A DNA stretch of 64,000 nt from Tubiluchus corallicola (GCA_030141605.1 JAQGDQ010002390.1:62001-126000), one strand, 5' to 3'. Counted from the stretch's first letter, positions 1-9,308 are shown. The notes: generated from the letters alone by a model not told the origin. Numbers and translations are program-made.

Positions 1-3000
1 GTTGAATCATAACGCTCAACATGACCCATTTTACCTAAAATACGACCATCCAAAGATGTAATCCCCTCTATCCCATAAACAGAACCGTTAGGATTAAACT
101 GACCATCCGATGTAGGGAAACCCGCAAAATCAACATATTGAGTCGCAACCTGACCATGAGAAAAAAGCGACTCAATAACAGACTCACACGCCATAAAACA
201 ACCCTCGCCATGAGACATGGGCGTCTGATAAACTTTCTCAAAATTCTCCGAGGAAAACCACGGCGATAAACCAGAAACAACCTTCACAGAAGACATCATA
301 GAAACATGCCGGCCAATCCTGTTATACGTCAATGTCGCCCCACCAGCAGCACCATAAGGAAGATCAAGAGCAGATGCCCGCACGCTCGCTTCGCTCAACA
401 TCTCACCACCAACACACCCATACGGCAAAAGACCGCTCTTTAAAAGCGCCTGAAAACCATTGCAAATCCCTAAAATTAAACCATCCCTCTCTAAAAATCG
501 CTCCAGCGCCTCTCGCACAGACCTGTTCATTAAAACCGCAACAATAAATTTTCCAGCCCCTTCAGGCTCATCCCCCGCAGAAAATCCCCCCGGAAGCATA
601 AATACCTGCGCATTCAACAAACCCTGAACAAGAGAATCAATAGATGCGCTGATACTACTCTCCGATATATTCAAAAAAGGCAAAACATCCACCACAGCCC
701 CTGCACGCCGAAAAATCCGCGCACTATCATACTCACAATTCGTCCCCGGGAAAAAAGGAAGCAAAACATGCGGCCGAGCAAATTTCTCCCCCGTGTAAGA
801 GCGCCCCTTACCTCGATAAAGACGCAAAGGATACGCTTGAGCCGAACCAGAAGCCTGCCGCGGAAAAACACTGTCAAGAACCCCAAGCCACCTGTCAGAC
901 GCCTCCAAAAGAGAAACAGAAACACCGTTAAACACAAATACGCCAGAATCCTCCGTCTTCCCAAGATAAACCGCATGCGCATACTCTAAAGGAGACGAGA
1001 CCTCAACAATAATACTCCCATAATTTAATGACAGTAAATCCTCTTTATCATAAACCACAGAAAAACCAATACCATTGCCAAAACCCATCTTCGATAAAGC
1101 CGCCGCAACACCCCCGTATTTCAAACTCATCGCCGAAAGAATCTTCCCCTCACAAGCCGCCTGGTGCAAAAACGTAAAATTAGCCTTCAAACATTCCGTA
1201 TCCGGCATGAAATTCCCATCCGCCCGATGAGAAATCAAATAAAGATAACTCCCCGCCTTCTTAAAAGATGACGAGACTGTATGACGCACATCCATCGTCG
1301 TGACCGCAAAAGCAACAAGCGTCGGCGGAACATGCTTATCTTTAAAAGTCCCACTCATGCTATCCTTACCGCCAATCGCCGGTAATTTAAAACGGCGCAT
1401 CGCTTCCTGAGCCCCCAATAAAGCGGCAACAGGCTGCCCCCACGCTAAAGGATCCTCTTCCAGCTTTCTGAAATATTCCTGACAGGAAAAACGAACATCA
1501 CGCCAGTCTGCTCCCATAGCCGCTATCTTCGCCAACGCCTCAATGACCGCATAAATACCCCCATGAAACGGCGACCAGCTTGAAATAACCGGATTATACC
1601 CCCAGCTCATTACAGACGCCGTATTGGTCTCGCCCTCCTGCAAAGGAAACTTCTGAACAGATCCCTCCTCAGGCGTCCGTTGATACTTTCCCCCAAAAGG
1701 CATCAAAACCGTCGTCGCGCCAATCGTCGCATCAAACATCTCAACAAGCCCCTTCTGACAACAGACATTCAACGAAGAAAGCATCGAGAAATAACGTACC
1801 CTAAAATCCTCCCCCGGATATAACGCCTTAAAAGGCGCCTTAAAAGACGGCTCCTCTATAACAACATTCATCACGCGGCGAACACCATGAGTATCCAAAA
1901 AAGCACGGGAAAGATCAACAATCATCTCTCCACGCCAACGCATCACCAAACGATTCCGATCCGTTACAGACGCAATCTGAACAACCTCCAGATTCTCTTC
2001 TCCCGCTATAGCCATAAATGTCGCCGCATCACAAGGAGCGACCACAACGGCCATCCGTTCCTGAGATTCCGAGATCGCAAGCTCTGTCCCACTCAGACCA
2101 TCATACTTCACTAAAATAGAATCCAAATCAATCTCAAGACCAGAACTCAACTCACCAACCGCAACAGAAACACCCCCCGCGCCAAAATCATTACAACGCT
2201 TGATCAAAGACGCCGCGTCAGAACGCCTGAAAAGACGCTGAAGCTTCCTTTCTTCCGGCGCATTTCCTTTCTGAACCTCCGCGGCGCAAACCGATAAAGA
2301 GGACGAATCATGCTCCTTGGAAGACCCCGTCGCTCCACCACAGCCATCCCGCCCCGTCCGGCCGCCAACCAAAAGAACAACATCCCCAGCAATAGGGCGC
2401 GCTCGAACAATATGCGACGCCGGAGCCGCACCAACCACCGCACCGATCTCCATCCGCTTGGCTGTATAGCCCTCATCATAAATCTCTGAAACATGCGTGG
2501 TCGCAAGCCCTATCTGATTCCCATAAGAAGAATAACCATGCGCCGCCTCACGGGTGATCTTCCGTTGCGGCAACTTCCCCGGCAACGTCTCCTCAATAGA
2601 CTGAAAAGGATCACCACACCCCGTTACACGCATCGCCTGATAAACAAAAGAACGACCCGATAAAGGATCCCGAATCGCCCCGCCAATACAAGTCGACGCT
2701 CCCCCAAAAGGCTCTATCTCTGTCGGATGATTGTGAGTCTCATTCTTAAACATCAATAACCAGCGCTCCAACACACCATCCCTGTCAACATCCCGGAAAA
2801 TCGAACAGGCATTGACCTCCTCGGAAATATCTAAATCCTTAGCATCACCACTCTTCTGATATTCCTTGCATAAAATCGTCGCCATATCCATTAAACAGTA
2901 AGGGCGCTCCTCCTGAGAAACCGACTCTCCGTAAACATACAAACGACTCCGCAAATATCCCGCAAACGCCTCCTCCATAACATGCCCAAAAGAACCCTGA

Positions 3001-3710
3001 GGAAAAATAATATCCGTCAAAGAAGTCTCAAACGTCGTATGACGGCAATGATCCGACCAGTAAGTATCCAAAACCTTCACTTCCGTCTCTGTAGGATCCC
3101 GCCCCTCCTCCTTCTGAAAATACGACTGTATAAACCGCAAATCCTCAACACTCATCGCCAAACCATGGCTTTTATGAAAATCCTCTATCCCCCCTTCATC
3201 AAGCGCTGTAAACCCCTCATAAACACAAACAGGAGCCGCATCCTGAGAGGGCTCCCGCTCTAAAACCGATAAATCCTTCACACGCATCTCCAGCGGATTA
3301 ACAAGATAGGACTCTATCTTCTTAAGCGACTCTAACGATACAGAACCACCAAAAACAAAAACCTTACCACTCCTGACACAAACATCCCTGTTGTCGTCCG
3401 ACAATAACATCAAACACTGCTCTGCCGAATCCGCGCGCTGATCAAAATGACCCGGCAAAAATTCCACCGCTATATAAGTCCCCTCTTCAGCCGGAAAAGA
3501 CTCATGAACAATATCCGTCACCGAATCAGAAAAAACCTCACCAACCGCTTCCTGAAAATTCTTCTCCGGAAGATTGAAAATATCATAACACTGGAAAATA
3601 CAAACAGAATCTAACGCCGCTATCGATAAAACCTCACATATCTCATTGAACAGACGAGCCGCCTCATTGTCAAAACCCGCCCTCTTCTCAACAAAAATAC
3701 GTATATCCAT
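1..3710 (-). CDS. purL: Phosphoribosylformylglycinamidine (FGAM) synthase, large single-chain clostridial type; 3' end runs off the window edge
   Basis: Manual translation of the minus strand from ATG 3710 (RBS AGGAG at 3716-3720): MDIRIFVEKRAGFD..., VEFLPGHFDQRADSA, DTYWSDHCRHTTF, FKNETHNHPTEIEPFGGASTCIGGAIRDPLSGR, CNDFGAGGVSVAVGE, SESQERMAV; glutaminase domain GICNGFQAL and GRILGKMGHVER near position 1. Absent from the ORF track because no stop lies in the window. Confidence 0.95.
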   Translation of the reverse strand, partial: MDIRIFVEKRAGFDNEAARLFNEICEVLSIAALDSVCIFQCYDIFNLPEKNFQEAVGEVFSDSVTDIVHESFPAEEGTYIAVEFLPGHFDQRADSAEQCLMLLSDDNRDVCVRSGKVFVFGGSVSLESLKKIESYLVNPLEMRVKDLSVLEREPSQDAAPVCVYEGFTALDEGGIEDFHKSHGLAMSVEDLRFIQSYFQKEEGRDPTETEVKVLDTYWSDHCRHTTFETSLTDIIFPQGSFGHVMEEAFAGYLRSRLYVYGESVSQEERPYCLMDMATILCKEYQKSGDAKDLDISEEVNACSIFRDVDRDGVLERWLLMFKNETHNHPTEIEPFGGASTCIGGAIRDPLSGRSFVYQAMRVTGCGDPFQSIEETLPGKLPQRKITREAAHGYSSYGNQIGLATTHVSEIYDEGYTAKRMEIGAVVGAAPASHIVRARPIAGDVVLLVGGRTGRDGCGGATGSSKEHDSSSLSVCAAEVQKGNAPEERKLQRLFRRSDAASLIKRCNDFGAGGVSVAVGELSSGLEIDLDSILVKYDGLSGTELAISESQERMAVVVAPCDAATFMAIAGEENLEVVQIASVTDRNRLVMRWRGEMIVDLSRAFLDTHGVRRVMNVVIEEPSFKAPFKALYPGEDFRVRYFSMLSSLNVCCQKGLVEMFDATIGATTVLMPFGGKYQRTPEEGSVQKFPLQEGETNTASVMSWGYNPVISSWSPFHGGIYAVIEALAKIAAMGADWRDVRFSCQEYFRKLEEDPLAWGQPVAALLGAQEAMRRFKLPAIGGKDSMSGTFKDKHVPPTLVAFAVTTMDVRHTVSSSFKKAGSYLYLISHRADGNFMPDTECLKANFTFLHQAACEGKILSAMSLKYGGVAAALSKMGFGNGIGFSVVYDKEDLLSLNYGSIIVEVSSPLEYAHAVYLGKTEDSGVFVFNGVSVSLLEASDRWLGVLDSVFPRQASGSAQAYPLRLYRGKGRSYTGEKFARPHVLLPFFPGTNCEYDSARIFRRAGAVVDVLPFLNISESSISASIDSLVQGLLNAQVFMLPGGFSAGDEPEGAGKFIVAVLMNRSVREALERFLERDGLILGICNGFQALLKSGLLPYGCVGGEMLSEASVRASALDLPYGAAGGATLTYNRIGRHVSMMSSVKVVSGLSPWFSSENFEKVYQTPMSHGEGCFMACESVIESLFSHGQVATQYVDFAGFPTSDGQFNPNGSVYGIEGITSLDGRILGKMGHVERYDS

Positions 3711-3754
3711 AACAGCTCCTAAAATAAATAGATCCTATGCTTTAAAACCGTGAC

Positions 3755-3797
3755 AAAAAAAATAAAAAAAAACCGCAAGGCTTTCTCTCCTTGCAGT
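3755..3797 (-). terminator. Intrinsic terminator in the purL leader (candidate attenuator)
   Basis: Minus strand ACTGCAAGG-agagaaag-CCTTGCGGT followed by a long T tract that ends about 45 nt before the purL ATG. Confidence 0.7.
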
Positions 3798-3823
3798 CTC
3801 TCTGTAAAACTTCCCTCAAAAAA
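3788..3823 (-). promoter_or_regulatory. PyrR-binding-loop-like RNA hairpin overlapping the 5' arm of the terminator
   Basis: UUUUUUGAGGGAAGUUUUACAGAGAGACUGCAAGGA resembles the PyrR motif CUUUAA..AGUCCAGAGAGGCUG.AAGG; lower stem UUUUUG/CAAGGA, upper stem AGUUUU/GAGACU. Confidence 0.35.
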
Positions 3824-4121
3824 CACGCTACTTGACAGTGAACTCTCTTTGCAAAAAGCCCGTTAAAAAATCTCCATACACATAACAATTGACTTCTGTC
3901 ATTCATATCAAAAGCAACATTTTTTGGTAGGCACTTCTTTAATTCCAATAAAAATAGCCATATGGACTCTCCCATACGACTTTCTTTCTTCCCAATCTAC
4001 TAAACTCAGAAAAAATCATCAACAGATTTTTTCATTAACGAAAAATTATTTCAATAACACACTCATATTCCTGTACACTCTTTAAAATCAATATAACCTC
4101 CCTAGATTGAAATCATAAACC

Positions 4122-4997
4122 ATGACTATCAACCCTTACATTTCCTATCAGGAAAAAAAATTCACAGCAAAAAACGGAATGAGACTCTTCTTTAGAGACT
4201 ATCTCCCCATCAAAAAAAATATCATGACAATCCTATGCCTGCCAGGACTCAGCCGTAACGCTCAGGATTTCGATAAATTTGCCCGACATTACCAAGCGTA
4301 CCATCGAATCCTCTGCCCAGATTATCGCGGGCGCGGACAATCCGAATGGAGCCACAGCTCAAAAGACTATGATCCAATACATACGCTCGGGGATATACTC
4401 GATATCCTCAGACTCACCAATACACACCATTGTATCGCCGTCGGAACATCCCTCGGCGGCCTGCTCGCCATGGGAATCGCCACCCTAAAACCACAAGTGC
4501 TCTCAGCCGTCATCCTAAACGATAGCAGCATCTTCCAAAATAAACACGAAATCCACACTCTCTTCTCCCTACTGGAAAAAGTACAGCCCGTCACCAACTG
4601 GAAACAGGCATCCGCCTATATGAAAAAATTAATGCCCTCTTTTGAGAATCTTACAGAAGAACAATGGGAAAGCCACGCGAAAATGGTATGGAAAAAACAT
4701 CAAGACGGAAAAATATACCCCCTCTGGGACCCTAAAATTATCGCTCCTCTGAAAGATAAAAGCGTCAGCGCCTCCCTTCCGCAATTTTTCAAAAGCCTAC
4801 GGCAAATTCCAACATTTCTTGTCCGAGGAGAAAAATCCAACCTATTCACACAGCAGTCCTTCCAAAAAATGCGCCAGATCAACCCAGCAACCAACCATTA
4901 TACCGTCCCTGGAGCCGGACACACACCCACACTCATGGAAAAAACACTCTCGGAAAAACTGCAGGCTTTTATCTCAGAAAACAGCCATTTTCAATAA
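4122..4997 (+). CDS. Alpha/beta fold hydrolase
   Basis: CLPGLSRNAQDF, DYRGRGQS, nucleophile elbow GTSLGG, C-terminal PGAGHTP. Confidence 0.9.
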   Translation: MTINPYISYQEKKFTAKNGMRLFFRDYLPIKKNIMTILCLPGLSRNAQDFDKFARHYQAYHRILCPDYRGRGQSEWSHSSKDYDPIHTLGDILDILRLTNTHHCIAVGTSLGGLLAMGIATLKPQVLSAVILNDSSIFQNKHEIHTLFSLLEKVQPVTNWKQASAYMKKLMPSFENLTEEQWESHAKMVWKKHQDGKIYPLWDPKIIAPLKDKSVSASLPQFFKSLRQIPTFLVRGEKSNLFTQQSFQKMRQINPATNHYTVPGAGHTPTLMEKTLSEKLQAFISENSHFQ

Positions 4998-5091
4998 TCA
5001 TGAACTATTGGCTTTACAAATACAGCAATATGGCCTAATAAACAGCTAGTATACTCGTCGGATACACAAACATAATAACAGGAAATACACA

Positions 5092-5607
5092 ATGCAACGC
5101 CAGAAATTTCCCCACCCGGAAAAACAATCCGGCCTCTATAAACTGTCTTTCATGCTCGCAACATGGTTTTATAGTGGACGCGCGCCCAAAGCCCCCGGAA
5201 CATGCGGCACTATCGCAGCCCTGCCTTTCTGCCTCGCAATACAGATCCTTTTCGGCAATACAGCCCTCGCCCTCTTCGCTGTCGTAACCTTCATAATCGG
5301 AATAGCCGTCTCCGATTATGTCATGAATCGACTAAAACAACATGATCCCGGCTATATCGTCATCGATGAGGTCGCCGGACAGGCGATCACAATCCTCGCT
5401 ATCCCGCCTTCCCTTTCCGCCTTTCCCCTCTTTCTAGCATACCTCGCGGCATTCGCTCTCTTCAGAGCGTTTGATATCCTGAAACCATGGCCCATCAATC
5501 TCGCTGATAAAAGACTCAAAAAAGGCTTTGGCGTCATGTTCGACGATACCCTCGCCGGAATCGCCGGATTTATCGTTTTAAAAATTATCCTCATCTATGC
5601 GCTCTAG
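5092..5607 (+). CDS. pgpA: Phosphatidylglycerophosphatase A
   Basis: APKAPGTCGT, HDPGYIVIDEVAGQ, FRAFDILKPWPI, GVMFDDTLAG. Confidence 0.95.
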   Translation: MQRQKFPHPEKQSGLYKLSFMLATWFYSGRAPKAPGTCGTIAALPFCLAIQILFGNTALALFAVVTFIIGIAVSDYVMNRLKQHDPGYIVIDEVAGQAITILAIPPSLSAFPLFLAYLAAFALFRAFDILKPWPINLADKRLKKGFGVMFDDTLAGIAGFIVLKIILIYAL

Positions 5608-5626
5608 CTTAAAAACCCGAAAACAA

Positions 5627-5666
5627 AAAAAAGATATACAAGCCCGCAAGCCTGTATATCTTTTTT
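5627..5666. terminator. Bidirectional intrinsic terminator between pgpA and the DUF465 gene
   Basis: AAAAAAGATATACA...TGTATATCTTTTTT inverted repeat between convergent genes. Confidence 0.75.
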
Positions 5667-5696
5667 AAGATAAAATAATAAATTATCGCTAATTAT

Positions 5697-5861
5697 TTAC
5701 GATTCCAATGATGCTAGCTCATCTTTGATAAGCAGCTTCTCTTTCTTAATTTCCGCTATCTGAATGTCATCATACGTCGGGGACGAAATTAAGGCTTCTA
5801 ACTGAGCTTCTAACTCTTGATGCCGTGTTTTTAACTCTTCAATTTTAATATGATCACTCAT
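5697..5861 (-). CDS. Small coiled-coil protein, DUF465/YdcH family (54 aa)
   Basis: MSDHIKIEELKTRHQELEAQLEALISSPTYDDIQIAEIKKEKLLIKDELASLES; L..RH..L...I and KKEKL.IKDE pattern; RBS AGGAGA. Too short for the ORF track. Confidence 0.85.
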   Translation of the reverse strand: MSDHIKIEELKTRHQELEAQLEALISSPTYDDIQIAEIKKEKLLIKDELASLES

Positions 5862-6002
5862 TACGAAATATCTCCTGTGTCATTAAGCGCATAACTATAC
5901 CTTACATATAATATATACACCATTTTTTAAAAAAATACCAGTGCCAACTTTCAAAATATTCTCAATACGCCTCCGTATTTTCCCACTATTATGGAACTAC
6001 CA

Positions 6003-7322
6003 TCAGGATAAAAATATACGCAACGATTCTAAAACCGCCTCATAAGACCGCTCAAGCTGCGGCTCTGTAATACAATAAGGAGGCATAAAATAAATCGTGT
6101 TCCCAAGAGGACGAATATTAAATCCCTCTCGCAAATACCAGTCTCGCAACTTCTCCGCCATAGCCGATTTATAGCCGCCCTGCTCCTTTGGAAAAACAAG
6201 ATCAAACGCCAGAACCGTTCCTAAAACACGCCCATGACACACCATAGGATACGCCGAAAGCCGCCGTAGAAACGCTCGATGCTTTCGCTCGATCGTAGCG
6301 ATTTTACTCAGTGTTTTCTCTCGCTCAAACAAGGCCAGCGACTCAACAGCGACCGCGCACGCCAGAGGATTCGCCGTAAAAGAATGACCATGCGCCAAAG
6401 CGCGAGAAAACGACCCTCCTAAAAAGGTAGAAAAAATCTCCTCCGTCGTTACCGTGACAGACATGGGCATATAACCCGCTGTCAGCCCTTTTGAAAAACA
6501 AACAATATCCGGCGCGAAATCACTATATTCACACGCGAACAAACGCCCCGTTCGACCAAAACCAACAGCCACTTCATCAAAAACAACCAAAATCCCCGCC
6601 TCATGCGCCGCCGATACCAGCTTTGATAAAAATTCAGGCCGGCACATTCGCATTCCTCCCGCGCCCTGAAGCAACGGCTCCAAAATAATCGCCGCGACCT
6701 TTCCTTTCTCTTCCTCAATCCTGCGATAAAACAGATCCAAAGAACGCCGCTCCAGCGCCTCAATATCCTCGCATCCCTCAAACCAAGACGGCCAAGGCAA
6801 CAGCCTCACAGGGCACATAACATCATCAAAAATCGAGAAAAAACGACTGCCTCGACTAACAGACATCGCTCCGAGCGTATCCCCATGATACCCCCCCTCA
6901 AACGCTAAAAAAACACTCTTCTCCTCATAACCCCGGTTGTTCCAATACTGCCAGCACATCTTCAGCGCGACCTCAACCGCCGTTGAGCCATTATCAGAAA
7001 AAAAGACACGCTGAAATCGCCCCCCAGGCAACATACCTGTCAATGAACGCGAGAGCTCAACAGCTTTCTCATGAGTAAAACCCGCGAAAAGAATATGCGG
7101 AAACCTCTCCGCCTGTTCCCTCAGCGCCCTGTTAAGATCCGCATGGCTATGACCATGAATACAGGTCCACCAAGAAGAAATAATATCAATATACTCCTTC
7201 CCGCTCTCATCATAAAGACATGCGCCCTTAGCACGAGAGATCACAATCGGAGAACGTTCCGTCTCATGCTGTGTAAACGGATGCCAAACATACCGCCTGT
7301 CCCCATCAAGAATATGACTCAT
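6003..7322 (-). CDS. bioA: Adenosylmethionine-8-amino-7-oxononanoate aminotransferase
   Basis: VWHPFTQ, SSWWTCIHGH, SDNGSTAVEVALKM, YHGDTLGAMS, FDEVAVGFGRTG, SKGLTAG, HGHSFTANP. Confidence 0.96.
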   Translation of the reverse strand: MSHILDGDRRYVWHPFTQHETERSPIVISRAKGACLYDESGKEYIDIISSWWTCIHGHSHADLNRALREQAERFPHILFAGFTHEKAVELSRSLTGMLPGGRFQRVFFSDNGSTAVEVALKMCWQYWNNRGYEEKSVFLAFEGGYHGDTLGAMSVSRGSRFFSIFDDVMCPVRLLPWPSWFEGCEDIEALERRSLDLFYRRIEEEKGKVAAIILEPLLQGAGGMRMCRPEFLSKLVSAAHEAGILVVFDEVAVGFGRTGRLFACEYSDFAPDIVCFSKGLTAGYMPMSVTVTTEEIFSTFLGGSFSRALAHGHSFTANPLACAVAVESLALFEREKTLSKIATIERKHRAFLRRLSAYPMVCHGRVLGTVLAFDLVFPKEQGGYKSAMAEKLRDWYLREGFNIRPLGNTIYFMPPYCITEPQLERSYEAVLESLRIFLS

Positions 7323-7324
7323 TA

Positions 7325-7963
7325 TTACCCTCCTTCATACGCCAGATCGCTATAAGGTGCGATTCTCAAAAGAGAGTCGCGATCCAACGTCTCCAGCCTG
7401 TCAATAATCCCTAAAATAGATACTTTTCCATAAAAACCGATCGCCTCCACAGTATGAGAGGGAACAGAACCACATATAATAACCCCCATAACACTCAAGC
7501 CTCTGTTTCTTAAAGCCTCAAGCGATAACAGCGTATGATTAATCGTCCCTAAAACACCCGAGCAAACAAGAATCACCGGCAAATTCAACCGCTGAATTAA
7601 ATCAACCATCAAAAAATGATCGTTCAAAGGAACCATAAGACCCCCTGCCCCCTCTACAATTAAACATTTCGAGCTTTCCGGTAAAATAAGCGTCTCCTCA
7701 AGAATCTCAACACCTTCACGAGCCGCCGCCTCATGCGGCGATAACGGAGCCTTCAGACAATAAAGAGACTCATAAAAACGATCCTTCTCAAAATTCGTAA
7801 GAGAACGCACAGTATCACAATCAATCGGCCCCTCGCAACAGCCGCTCTGCACAGGCTTCCAATACGCCACTTTTCTCATATGCAACATAAGCCAAGCGCA
7901 CGCAACTGTCTTGCCAACATCCGTCCCCGTTCCTGCTACGAAAATACCTTGCCTCTTTACCAC
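7325..7963 (-). CDS. bioD: Dethiobiotin synthase
   Basis: GTGTDVGKT, WKPVQSG, SPHEAA, VEGAGGLMVP, LGTINHTLLS. Start reassigned to GTG 7963 (RBS GAGGA); the track's longer start overlaps the upstream gene. Confidence 0.93.
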   Translation of the reverse strand: MVKRQGIFVAGTGTDVGKTVACAWLMLHMRKVAYWKPVQSGCCEGPIDCDTVRSLTNFEKDRFYESLYCLKAPLSPHEAAAREGVEILEETLILPESSKCLIVEGAGGLMVPLNDHFLMVDLIQRLNLPVILVCSGVLGTINHTLLSLEALRNRGLSVMGVIICGSVPSHTVEAIGFYGKVSILGIIDRLETLDRDSLLRIAPYSDLAYEGG

Positions 7964-7970
7964 ACAATCC

Positions 7971-8336
7971 TCATAAACACGCAATAAACGCCCCCGCGAC
8001 ACGCCGACCTTCCAAAGCCAAAAGATTCCACGCGCGACACGCCGCGCCCGTATCCATCCACTCCACAGGAAGATGATAAACCCCTCGAATAACCGATAAA
8101 AGCTCTCGTGGCATCGGCAAAAAAACAGCCCCACACCCTATCAGCAAAAGCTCCGGCGATAAATCCGCCGTCAGAATCTTCTTTAAATTATCCTCCGAAA
8201 TAGCCTCTCCACAAGAAACATCCCAAGAATAACACACGCCCCCCATCAGCAATAAAGACCCTTTGTGAACCGTCTCGCCAATCCGAAAACCACCATCACC
8301 ATACGCCTGAAAACAAAAAGACGACGCCTCATCCAT
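7971..8336 (-). CDS. Mth938-like / DUF498 (NDUFAF3-like) protein
   Basis: QAYGDGGFRI, PELLLIGCG, MDTGAACRAWNLLALEGRRVAGA; start uncertain (8336 or 8357). Confidence 0.9.
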   Translation of the reverse strand: MDEASSFCFQAYGDGGFRIGETVHKGSLLLMGGVCYSWDVSCGEAISEDNLKKILTADLSPELLLIGCGAVFLPMPRELLSVIRGVYHLPVEWMDTGAACRAWNLLALEGRRVAGAFIACL

Positions 8337-8542
8337 ACCTCTGGCAACTCCTTCCAATAATAATCACTCACAATAAAAATAACAGCTTTCCAAAAATACA
8401 GCAACCTATTGCTCACAGAATAATGTCCCCACGCTAACGACAGCAACATAACTACCGACCAACAAAGTTGAAATTGAAAAAAAACTCTTATATGATTAAA
8501 CCAGTTACTAAAAATAACCACACATCGCGAATATCTCTCTCT

Positions 8543-9103
8543 ATGACCATAAAAATATATATCCATAATCGCCTCAACGAGCATTTTTTTCGCCAGCCAA
8601 CCGTTGAAGTCGCCAAAAATCTCCTAGGAAAAGCCCTGCGTTTTAACACAATGACAGGAATCATCACAGAAACAGAAGCCTACTGCGGAGAAACAGACCC
8701 CGCATGCCACGCGCGCGCTGGAAAAACAAAACGAACCGAGATCATGTATGGCAATCCCGGACATGCCTACATTTATATGATATATGGAATGTATTACTGC
8801 CTCAATATCGTAACCGAGCCGAAAAATTACCCCGCCGCCGTGCTTATCCGAGGACTCCTCGTCACAACAGAAAGCACAGAAAAAATACCCACTGTCCATC
8901 TTGACGGCCCTGGAAAACTCTGCCGACACCTAGGAATCACTTCCGACCATAACGCCATCAATATAACAAAAAACCCCTCTTTTTTCCTAGCGGAAACAAA
9001 TTTAAATCCCCCCTTTGACACAACAAGTAGAATCGGTATCTCTAAGGGAATTGACAAAAAATGGCGCTTCGTCATAAAAAAACATAGCCTCAATATTGGC
9101 TAA
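8543..9103 (+). CDS. mpg: 3-methyladenine DNA glycosylase (AAG/MPG family)
   Basis: ITETEAY, DPACHA, YIYMIYGMYYCLN, AVLIR, GPGKLC, RIGISKG..WRF; ATG 8543 is more plausible than the track's 8468. Confidence 0.92.
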   Translation: MTIKIYIHNRLNEHFFRQPTVEVAKNLLGKALRFNTMTGIITETEAYCGETDPACHARAGKTKRTEIMYGNPGHAYIYMIYGMYYCLNIVTEPKNYPAAVLIRGLLVTTESTEKIPTVHLDGPGKLCRHLGITSDHNAINITKNPSFFLAETNLNPPFDTTSRIGISKGIDKKWRFVIKKHSLNIG

Positions 9104-9308
9104 ATTCCTCTGCATTTTGATAGTTCTCTTTTTAAAATACCTTACTTCACATAAATGTGATTTGCCTCTATAAGCAAAAAAATTGTACTCTAAAGTCTAA
9201 TAATTAATCAATTTAAAAAAAAATTATCACTTTCTTGAATATAGTAGTTTTCTAAATAAAAAAATATCAGAATCGCACATTCAAATTTTTTAAAGAAAGT
9301 CCACAATC

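Noticed and set aside
68-3263. Short ORFs in the track (68-280, 332-547, 671-982, 768-989, 1887-2114, 2204-2506, 2982-3263)
   Set aside because: All are alternative-frame or antisense shadows of the continuous purL reading frame.
3742-3975. 77-aa minus-strand ORF upstream of purL as a leader peptide
   Set aside because: It reads through the terminator and poly-T, has no recognisable motif or codon enrichment, and no clear RBS.
3720-4121. Purine, ZTP (pfl) or ykkC/PRPP riboswitch upstream of purL
   Set aside because: I could not find their conserved cores by eye; only the PyrR-like resemblance remained.
7964-8134. N-terminal extension of BioD in the ORF track
   Set aside because: It overlaps the Mth938-like gene; GTG 7963 with an RBS gives a normal-length BioD.
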